Shown: piece by piece, positions 25,576-32,000 of the stretch
How positions within the stretch are numbered: the stretch's first letter is position 1
Layout: each line of letters starts with the position of its first letter
DNA from: Crocosphaera subtropica ATCC 51142
GTDB taxonomy: Bacteria; Cyanobacteriota; Cyanobacteriia; Cyanobacteriales; Microcystaceae
NCBI RefSeq assembly: GCF_000017845.1
Contig: NC_010546.1
Span: 3,540,001-3,572,000 of the forward strand
Direction of reading: 5' to 3'
DNA length: 32,000 bases
Notes under the pieces: model-generated
Database searches by the model: none
Told to the model about the DNA's origin: nothing
What the model saw: only the letters and a program-made list of their open reading frames with translations
Position numbers and translations under genes: made by a program

Positions 25576-25998
25576 TTATCTTCCTACGACAATTTCCACT
25601 AATCTTGCTGCTAATGTTCCTAAAAGCGCATAAATAATCATCGCAGTAATGGTATTGATTTCAATAACACTATTACCAAGATTAATATCATTAAAAAGAT
25701 TCATGAACGGTGCCACAAAAGGACTTGACCATCCATAAATCACTTGAGAAAATAAACTATCAGGATTAGCATCAGCAAACTTTAAGAGAAATCGTAACAC
25801 CAACAAAGTTTCTAAAGCACTGACTAAGAAAAACATTCCTTTTAAGAAGCGGTTAACCGTCAGATTTCGACGAGCTTGTTCTATGCGACGTTCTTCCTGT
25901 TGTAACCTGAGTTCTTCTTCTTGTAATTGCATCTGTTGTTGACGTTGCTCATAATTATCATCAGGGTGAGTAGTGTTGTGTTCAGAGTGTTCATTCAT
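25576..25998 (-). CDS. YggT-like membrane protein with a Gln/Glu-rich N-terminal extension
   Basis: 140-aa ORF. The C-terminal ~90 aa (LLVLRFLLKFADANP...SSPFVAPFMNLF...INTITAMIIYALLG) resemble YggT/Ycf19. GGAGA RBS upstream. Confidence 0.55.
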   Translation of the reverse strand: MNEHSEHNTTHPDDNYEQRQQQMQLQEEELRLQQEERRIEQARRNLTVNRFLKGMFFLVSALETLLVLRFLLKFADANPDSLFSQVIYGWSSPFVAPFMNLFNDINLGNSVIEINTITAMIIYALLGTLAARLVEIVVGR

Positions 25999-26104
25999 GG
26001 TTTTTTCTCCAGAGAAACGACAAAATCTTAACTAAAAAAGTTACAGTAAATTGATGGGAAATTCGAGAAGGTGGCTCTTTTTCAACTAACAATAGATAGT
26101 TTCT

Positions 26105-28216
26105 TTATGAATTGGGTTTTGCCATTAAAACAACACAAGATCGACCATTAGCTGTGTAATTTTGCGTGCTTATCTCAACAGCAACATCTAATTCACAAAA
26201 GGTTTCATTCAGAGGTAAAGAAGTATCAAGAACACGATACCAACTTTCTCCTTCTTCTAACCAGGGTAACTCAAATTCCAAAGGTTCCCAAAAAGCATTT
26301 AGCATAACGTGAAGGTATTCATTTTTTTGAGGATGACGTAAACTAAAGGCTAAAGCACGGGAATAATCGGACCAATCCGGTTCTCCTAATTGTACTCCGT
26401 GCCAACTAATATGAGGATGATTAGGACTGTTATAAGCAACTTCTAACCGTTCCTCTTGATTAAATAATTCTAACCCTTGAGTAAAGTGGACTAACCGTCG
26501 AACAAAACACCATAAATCATATTCTTTTTCTACGTTATCCCAATTGAACCAACTCAACTCATTATCTTGACAATAAACATTATTATTTCCCCGTTGGGTG
26601 CGTCTTATTTCGTCTCCCATTAACATCATTGGGGTTCCTTGGGATAGAAAGAGAATGGTGAAGAAATTTTTAATTTGTTGTAGTCGCATTGCATTGATCG
26701 CCGGATCATCGGTTTCCCCTTCTACCCCACAGTTCCAACTATTATTATGATTTTCCCCATCTCGATTATCTTCTCCATTCCCTTCGTTATGTTTTTCATC
26801 GTAAGACACTAAATCATTGAGGGTAAAACCATCATGACAGGTAACAAAATTAATACTACGATTAATATCAACATCTTGACGGTGGTAAATATCTGGACTG
26901 CCTAAAATACGACTGGCCAAACGAGGAACCATCCCGCTATCCCCTTTGACAAAACAACGAACATCATCCCGAAACGGTCCATTCCACTCAGCAAACCAGT
27001 CTGCTAACTCCACAAACCGTCCCACATCGTATAATCCAGCAGCGTCCCAGGCTTCTGCAATGAGCTTTGTCCCAGCTAAAATGGGGTCAGATTCGATAAT
27101 CCATAAAATATCAGGGGTTGTACCTCGTAACTCTTCTAAGGGGGTTCCATAAGAATCTCTCGATAAAATAGAAGCGAGATCAAAGCGAAATCCATCCACG
27201 TGCATTTCTGTGACCCAATAATGCAGACATTCCAAAATTAGACGGCCAACAATGGGATGATTTCCTCGGAAAGTATTACCACAACCAGTATAGTTTTTGT
27301 ACTGAGAATGATCGTCTTCTAAGATGTAATAGGTTGAATTATCAATCCCCCGAAAATTCAAGGTAGGACCGTGTTCGTCTGATTCTGCTGTATGGTTAAA
27401 AACGACATCTAAAATGACTTCAATTCCTTCTTTGTGTAATGCTTTCACCATGTCCCGAAACTCATTAACCGGTCCAATGGGACTTTGATCAGAACTATAG
27501 GGACGATGGGGAGCAAAAAATCCAATGGTACTGTATCCCCAATAATTACTCAGTCCCGGTCTAACATCTTTAACATCAAAGTAATGGACGGGTAAGAGTT
27601 CAACAGTTGTAATGCCTAGACTTTTTAAATAGGGAATTTTTTCGATTAGTCCGGCAAAGGTTCCCCGTTTTTCAGCAGATACCCCAGAACTAGGATGACG
27701 AGTAAATCCACCCACGTGCATCTCATAAATAACACTTTCAGAGTAGGGGATTCGTAAACGAGGGGCTTCGTCCCAGTCTCCTTCCCAATCATAGGTTTCA
27801 GTGTCTACCACCACACTGCGTAACGCTTGGGCGCAATTATCCCCTGGATGGGTGGCTGCATCTCGATTATAAATGGAAGACCCAACAATCGCTTTAGCGT
27901 AGGGGTCAAGTAATACTTTTTCAGGATTGCAGCGATGACCTTGACTCAAATCGTAGGGACCATGTACCCGATACGCATAAACTTGTCCTGCTTCGAGTCC
28001 CTCAATAAAAATATGCCAATAATAATGGGTGCGATTTAGCTTAGGATCTAAGGGAATAACATGGGAGGGTTGAGGGTCATTGGGTTCTTCAAATAATAAT
28101 AACTCTATAAATGTAGCTTGTTTTGAGAAAATACAAAAATTAACCCCATTTTTTCCATCGTTTTCTACTGTTGCGCCAAGGGGATAACTTTCGCCTGGAA
28201 GGGTTTTGAGGGTCAT
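26105..28216 (-). CDS. glgX: Glycogen debranching enzyme GlgX (GH13 isoamylase-type)
   Basis: 703-aa ORF with GH13 regions I-IV: ILDVVFNHT, DGFRFDLAS, IAEAWD, FVTCHDGF. N-terminus YPLGATV...GVNFCIFS is typical of GlgX. Confidence 0.9.
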   Translation of the reverse strand: MTLKTLPGESYPLGATVENDGKNGVNFCIFSKQATFIELLLFEEPNDPQPSHVIPLDPKLNRTHYYWHIFIEGLEAGQVYAYRVHGPYDLSQGHRCNPEKVLLDPYAKAIVGSSIYNRDAATHPGDNCAQALRSVVVDTETYDWEGDWDEAPRLRIPYSESVIYEMHVGGFTRHPSSGVSAEKRGTFAGLIEKIPYLKSLGITTVELLPVHYFDVKDVRPGLSNYWGYSTIGFFAPHRPYSSDQSPIGPVNEFRDMVKALHKEGIEVILDVVFNHTAESDEHGPTLNFRGIDNSTYYILEDDHSQYKNYTGCGNTFRGNHPIVGRLILECLHYWVTEMHVDGFRFDLASILSRDSYGTPLEELRGTTPDILWIIESDPILAGTKLIAEAWDAAGLYDVGRFVELADWFAEWNGPFRDDVRCFVKGDSGMVPRLASRILGSPDIYHRQDVDINRSINFVTCHDGFTLNDLVSYDEKHNEGNGEDNRDGENHNNSWNCGVEGETDDPAINAMRLQQIKNFFTILFLSQGTPMMLMGDEIRRTQRGNNNVYCQDNELSWFNWDNVEKEYDLWCFVRRLVHFTQGLELFNQEERLEVAYNSPNHPHISWHGVQLGEPDWSDYSRALAFSLRHPQKNEYLHVMLNAFWEPLEFELPWLEEGESWYRVLDTSLPLNETFCELDVAVEISTQNYTANGRSCVVLMAKPNS

Positions 28217-28375
28217 GAGGTGTGGTCAGGAGGGATTAGCTAATGTCACTAGAACCTTAGCTCGAATTTCTATTATTATCTTTATTTTTTACTATGTTTT
28301 TAGATTAAACCGAACTTAAGTTAATTAGAGATAATTGACCTACTCCCCCGTATTTTCAATCGGGGGATTCGAGGC

Positions 28376-29089
28376 TCAAGCAGAAATAGCTGTCTGAGAC
28401 AGACTGACATCTCCTACCCTCAGAGTTGAAGCCCCAACTCTTAAAATATTAATCGAGCTATTAGAGTCCCTTCCATGTTTAGTATGACATGAAGGACAAA
28501 CCCAATAGCGTTCATTATTAGAGCAAGTTAGAAAAACTTTTAGTCCAAAGTCAAAACCTGCGCTCTTACCCGTCATGATTGAGACTTGGTGATCTACAAA
28601 ATCCGTCACTACAAATATAAATATTTCTCCTAAAGGATTACGCTTAATTGTGACAGTTTTGATAGTTCCTTTAATTTCTCTACTTTTCCAAAACTTATAA
28701 ATTCTTTTCCCTAGTTTTAATCGATTACCTTCAAGGAATTTATAGCCAGCTTGTTTGAGTGTGAATGATTTATATTTAATTCTTTTTTTGAAATTAGGTG
28801 GTCGAACTCCTTTTTTATTATGTTTAAAAAATAACTGATAAGCCTTATCAATTCTTTGAATAATGTCTTGTACAGCTTGAGAACCCACTAATAGCCAATA
28901 TTCATTTTTCTTTCTGAGTTTAGCTATGTGTTTCATTAAGGGATTTTTATTCAAATGTTTATCAAATAAACGATAATAACGCTTATGTAGAGCAATACAG
29001 TGATTATAAATATTGCTAGAAGCGTTTATAGCACTATGCAAGTGCTTGTTTCGTTTATGTTGATAGAGTTTGAATTGATAAGTTTTCAT
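28376..29089 (-). pseudogene. tnpB: IS605 OrfB/TnpB with a large in-frame internal deletion (237 aa versus about 400 aa expected)
   Basis: The N-terminal WED/REC-like part and RuvC-I (GFDFGLKVFLTCSNNE) run straight into the last zinc-finger half and RuvC-III (WVCPSCHTKHGRDSNSSINIL). The segment carrying the RuvC-II Glu is absent. Confidence 0.7.
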
Positions 29090-29150
29090 AGTTATTATAG
29101 TATCATATTTCCACTCTGTTGCTAATGATAAAAAATGGATTATTAAAGGG

Positions 29151-29381
29151 TTGGAAGTAGCTCCAGACCATATATATATGCTAGTTGAATATGATCCTCA
29201 GCATTCTATTTCTCAAGTTGTTAAAGCCTTTAAAGGTCGTTCCTCTCGATATCTTAGACAAGAATTTCCAGAATTATTAAAACTTCCTTCTCTTTGGACA
29301 CACTCCTATATGTTTGATACAACAGGAAAGGTTAGCACTCAAATTGTATTAGAATACATTAATGATCCTCATCACGGCTAA
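29151..29381 (+). pseudogene. tnpA: IS200/IS605 Y1 transposase TnpA, N-terminally truncated
   Basis: EVAPDHIYMLVEYDP...VKAFKGRSSRYLRQEFPELL...LWTHSYMFDTTG...LEYI. Homology continues upstream to about 29120 without a start codon (only TTG at 29151). The first ~40-50 aa are missing. The HUH motif reads H-I-Y. Confidence 0.7.
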
Positions 29382-29454
29382 ATTAATTTAGCCATTCGCT
29401 TATATCCCCTGAATAAATTGCAGGGGCTTTACGCATCACGAAAGGTAAAATAAG

Positions 29455-29826
29455 TTATCCGTTCTTAAAAGATAGATGTAATTGCTTAAACGCTTCTGTT
29501 TTTTGCTGCATCTGTGAGTAGAGGCGACCACAAACTAACTCGCATAACTCAAAAATCATCGGATCTTGAATTTCATAGTAGATGGCTACCCCTTTCGGCT
29601 GACGAGATAAAATTTCAGCTTCGGTCAATATTTTCAGATGCTTTGATAAATTTGCTTGTCCTAAACCAGTCGCCTCACTGATTTCACTGGCATTCATAGA
29701 ACCGTCTTTCAAACAACTTAAAATTTGTAGTCGACTGGTTTCTGAAAGAACTTTAAAGTAGTCAGCGATCGGAGCCAGAAATTCCTCTGGTTTTGATGAG
29801 TTGCTAGGAGCGGAAGTTTTTGACAT
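29455..29826 (-). CDS. ArsR/SmtB-family transcriptional repressor, BigR/SqrR/YgaV-like by context
   Basis: 123-aa ORF with HTH ASEISEATGLGQANLSKHLKILTEAEIL. Cys in helix 2 (ILSCL) and a CxxxC in the last helix (LCELVC). Divergent from a persulfide dioxygenase-rhodanese-TauE operon. Confidence 0.8.
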   Translation of the reverse strand: MSKTSAPSNSSKPEEFLAPIADYFKVLSETSRLQILSCLKDGSMNASEISEATGLGQANLSKHLKILTEAEILSRQPKGVAIYYEIQDPMIFELCELVCGRLYSQMQQKTEAFKQLHLSFKNG

Positions 29827-29986
29827 GGACTAAGCAATAATATTTGTTTATTGTATTTAACTACATAGTAGTTTAACAAAAAAGTAAATTAAACCCAAAC
29901 CGATAAAAATCAAAAAATTGCCATGATATTTCCTAAAGAACCCTCATAATCCTGAAAAACAGGATTCAGGTACAATTTTATACAAC

Positions 29987-30015
29987 TTGTTTAAATAACT
30001 AATTAGTTATATACT
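29987..30015 (+). promoter_or_regulatory. Candidate promoter of the sulfur operon with an embedded 16-bp perfect palindrome (operator candidate)
   Basis: TTGTTT (29987-29992), a 17-nt spacer, then TATACT (30010-30015). The palindrome ataactaattagttat (29995-30010) fills the spacer and touches the -10 element. Confidence 0.45.
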
Positions 30016-30096
30016 CTAAAAAGAGTGGCAGGCCAACTATCTGATTTATAAAGATACAAGGTTTGAACGATTGAAACCCCCTAGGAGTAAGAAAAA

Positions 30097-30795
30097 ATGC
30101 TATTACGTCAATTGTTTGATCAAAACACCTGGACTTATACCTACTTAATTGCTGATCTGAATACCAAAGAAGCAGTATTAGTTGATCCTGTTTTAGAACA
30201 GGTAGAACGGGACTTAAAACTCATTAAAGAACTGGGACTGACATTGCACTCTTGTTTAGAAACTCATATTCATGCTGACCATGTAACCGGAACAGCCAAA
30301 TTAAGACAATTAACAGCTTGTCAGGGGATCGTCCCCGAAAATGCCACCGTTGGTTGTGCAGACCGCTTTATTCGGGATGGAGAAATCTTAAACGTAGGGG
30401 AAATTAAGATACAAGCGATCGCAACTCCTGGTCATACCGATAGCCATATGTCTTATCTCGTCAATGATAATTGCCTTCTCACAGGAGATTCTCTGTTAAT
30501 TCGAGGGTGTGGACGTACCGATTTTCAAAGTGGAGATGCCGGGACACTGTACGACCACATTACTCAACGACTCTTTACCCTACCAGATACCACCTTAGTT
30601 TATCCTGGTCACGACTACAGAGGCCATACCGTTTCTACCATTGGCGAAGAAAAACAGTTCAATCCTCGCTTTGTCAGCCATGATCGGGCAAGTTTTATTG
30701 AATTAATGAATCATCTTAACTTGCCTAATCCTAAAAAAATAGCAGAAGCGGTTCCTGCTAATCAACGCTGTGGTCAAGTACCAACTACCGTCTAA
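30097..30795 (+). CDS. MBL-fold persulfide (sulfur) dioxygenase, ETHE1/Blh-like
   Basis: 232-aa ORF with HIHADHVTG metal motif, PGHTDSH, and GDSLLIRGCGRTDFQ..., typical of ETHE1-type enzymes. Confidence 0.8.
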   Translation: MLLRQLFDQNTWTYTYLIADLNTKEAVLVDPVLEQVERDLKLIKELGLTLHSCLETHIHADHVTGTAKLRQLTACQGIVPENATVGCADRFIRDGEILNVGEIKIQAIATPGHTDSHMSYLVNDNCLLTGDSLLIRGCGRTDFQSGDAGTLYDHITQRLFTLPDTTLVYPGHDYRGHTVSTIGEEKQFNPRFVSHDRASFIELMNHLNLPNPKKIAEAVPANQRCGQVPTTV

Positions 30796-30834
30796 CATTT
30801 ATTTTTATTCTTAAATAGTTGCATTGAAAAGCAG

Positions 30835-31374
30835 ATGAAAACACTTAATTCCGAGGCATTACCAACCATTGATAGCAATACCTTAAAATCATGGTTAGAT
30901 AGCGATCGCGTCACCCTTGTTGATGTTCGGGAAGTTTCAGAATATGTGGGGGAACGGCTTCCTACGGCTTTACTGGTTCCCTTATCTAAATTGGAACCTC
31001 ATAATATTCCTCAAGAACAAGATAAGCCATTAGTTCTTTACTGTCGAACCGGCAACCGCTCTGCTCAAGCAGCACAAAAGCTCTTGGCGGTGGGTTTTCG
31101 AGGAGTGACTCATCTCGGTGGTGGTCTAGAAGACTGGAAAAAAAGAGGATTACCAACAATTGTCAATCGTAATGCGCCTATCAGCTTAATGCGTCAGGTA
31201 CAAATTGTAACCGGTTCATTGGTCATCACAGGCACGCTGTTAGGGGCGTTTGTTTCTCCTTGGTTTTTGATGCTCAGTGGTTTTATCGGCATGGGACTTC
31301 TTTTTGCAGGCATTACAGATACCTGCGCTTTAGCAAGGTTATTGGCAAAATTACCTTTCAACCAACGGTTGTAA
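30835..31374 (+). CDS. Membrane-anchored rhodanese (rhodanese domain + DUF2892 C-terminal hairpin), YgaP-like
   Basis: 179-aa ORF with active-site loop CRTGNRS. The C-terminus has two hydrophobic helices and GITDTCALARLL, typical of DUF2892. Confidence 0.8.
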   Translation: MKTLNSEALPTIDSNTLKSWLDSDRVTLVDVREVSEYVGERLPTALLVPLSKLEPHNIPQEQDKPLVLYCRTGNRSAQAAQKLLAVGFRGVTHLGGGLEDWKKRGLPTIVNRNAPISLMRQVQIVTGSLVITGTLLGAFVSPWFLMLSGFIGMGLLFAGITDTCALARLLAKLPFNQRL

Positions 31375-31381
31375 ATGGAAG

Positions 31382-32000
31382 ATGATGATTTGGATTATTG
31401 GACATTTTTTAGCCATTTGTATCGGACTCAGCTTAGGCTTAATTGGGGGAGGGGGTTCTATCTTAGCCGTACCCATCTTAGTTTATGTTATGGGACTAGG
31501 AGCTAAAACTGCGATCGCCATGAGTTTAGGCATTGTCGGTACAGTTAGCTTAGTTGGTGCTATTCCTCACTGGTTGCAAGGCAATGTTAACTGGCCAGTG
31601 GCTGTTATTTTTGCCCCGACTGCCATGTTAGGGGCTTATCTCGGTGCGCGAATGGCAAGCTTTGATTTTATTACGGAAACCCTTCAATTGATCTGCTTTG
31701 CCCTGGTTATGGTTTTGGCTAGTTTGATGATGATTCGCCAAGGAGGAAAAAGATTAAATAATCAAAGCTCGATCAAAGAAAAAGACAGTTTACAACATCA
31801 AAATCAACATAATTGGTTGTTTATCCTTCTCGAAGGATTAGGAGTCGGTATCTTGACAGGATTTGTGGGGGTGGGGGGCGGTTTTGCCATCATTCCTGCT
31901 TTGGTCCTTTTAGGGGGTCTTCCCATGAAGGAAGCGATCGGCACTTCCTTAATTATTATTACGTTTAAATCAATGACGGGATTCTTAGGTTATTTTTCCC
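31382..32000 (+). CDS. TauE/SafE-family sulfite/sulfonate exporter (3' end beyond the window)
   Basis: Not in the ORF track because there is no stop within the window. My translation from ATG 31382 is MMIWIIGHFLAICIGLSLGLIGGGGSILAVPILVYVMG...GVGGGFAIIPALVLLGG. It stays open to nt 32000 and shows the duplicated GGGxS/F motifs of TauE. Confidence 0.75.
   Translation, partial: MMIWIIGHFLAICIGLSLGLIGGGGSILAVPILVYVMGLGAKTAIAMSLGIVGTVSLVGAIPHWLQGNVNWPVAVIFAPTAMLGAYLGARMASFDFITETLQLICFALVMVLASLMMIRQGGKRLNNQSSIKEKDSLQHQNQHNWLFILLEGLGVGILTGFVGVGGGFAIIPALVLLGGLPMKEAIGTSLIIITFKSMTGFLGYFS

Larger units (their letters stand above)
28345..29427. mobile_element. Decayed IS200/IS605-family element (divergent tnpB / tnpA remnants flanked by subterminal hairpins)
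   Basis: Hairpins cccccg/cggggg (28345-28366) and cccctg/cagggg (29407-29427) bracket a truncated tnpB and a truncated tnpA. The boundaries are approximate. Confidence 0.65.

Noticed and set aside
28376-29089. Truncated TnpB as a functional TldR-like RNA-guided repressor
   Set aside because: The deletion removes far more than catalytic residues (about 150 aa including half the zinc finger). The partner tnpA is also decayed. Simple IS decay is the better explanation unless conservation or omega-RNA expression is shown.
1143-30683. Short ORFs nested in or antisense to long genes. They are 1143-1346, 2162-2353, 3765-3998, 4920-5123, 6151-6339, 6640-6837, 7429-7611, 10828-11124, 11873-12067, 11878-12123, 12200-12400, 13001-13351, 13098-13367, 14951-15184, 15549-15731, 17053-17235, 17291-17476, 18446-18727, 18672-18917, 19315-19506, 20880-21080, 21768-21974, 24537-24737, 26946-27152 and 30471-30683
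   Set aside because: Each overlaps a much longer ORF with clear family signatures. Their translations are low-complexity or compositionally odd (Arg/Ser/Pro/Leu-rich), and they lack RBS-like sequences.
31375-31500. ATG at 31375 as the start of the last gene
   Set aside because: That frame gives non-membrane, stop-terminated sequence. The frame from ATG 31382 yields a clean TauE/SafE-like polytopic protein open to the window end.
1-32000. CRISPR arrays, tRNA and rRNA genes
   Set aside because: Reading the intergenic regions showed no regularly spaced direct repeats of 25-40 nt, no cloverleaf-like T-loop/acceptor signatures and no rRNA-like conserved blocks.

Overview
This is a 32-kb chromosomal segment that is almost certainly cyanobacterial. 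I counted 11 perfect HIP1 octamers (GCGATCGC). The window also carries PEP-CTERM proteins, Uma2, DUF29 and Rpn/DUF4351 family genes, and a LysRS-KTSC fusion. Gene content fits a unicellular Cyanothece/Crocosphaera-like organism, but the species cannot be determined from this sequence. All calls come from reading the ORF translations and the DNA by eye; no searches were run. Core genes: two class-B penicillin-binding proteins (ftsI with an upstream FtsL-like gene, and mrdA), four alpha-glucan enzymes (GH57, a GT4 + amylo-alpha-1,6-glucosidase operon, and GlgX), Tex, LysS and a YggT-like protein. Accessory stretch (about 5.0-13.8 kb): two Uma2 nucleases, DUF29, a STAND-like AAA ATPase, an Rpn-family nuclease, PEP-CTERM genes, gene remnants, an in-frame MFS::PEP-CTERM chimera, CsbD and GlsB stress proteins, and small secreted proteins. 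Right end: a decayed IS200/IS605 element (internally deleted tnpB, truncated tnpA), followed by an ArsR(BigR/SqrR/YgaV-like) - persulfide dioxygenase - rhodanese/DUF2892 - TauE sulfide/sulfite module. I saw no rRNA, tRNA or CRISPR array. No obviously complete novel system is demonstrable from sequence alone. The best candidates for follow-up are: the AAA-ATPase + Uma2 nuclease tandem in the nuclease-rich islet; the uncharacterised GT4-GDE pair; the GC-rich structured 385-nt gap behind mrdA, which shares a repeat with the ftsI 3' flank; and the sulfide-sensing module with a perfect palindromic operator.
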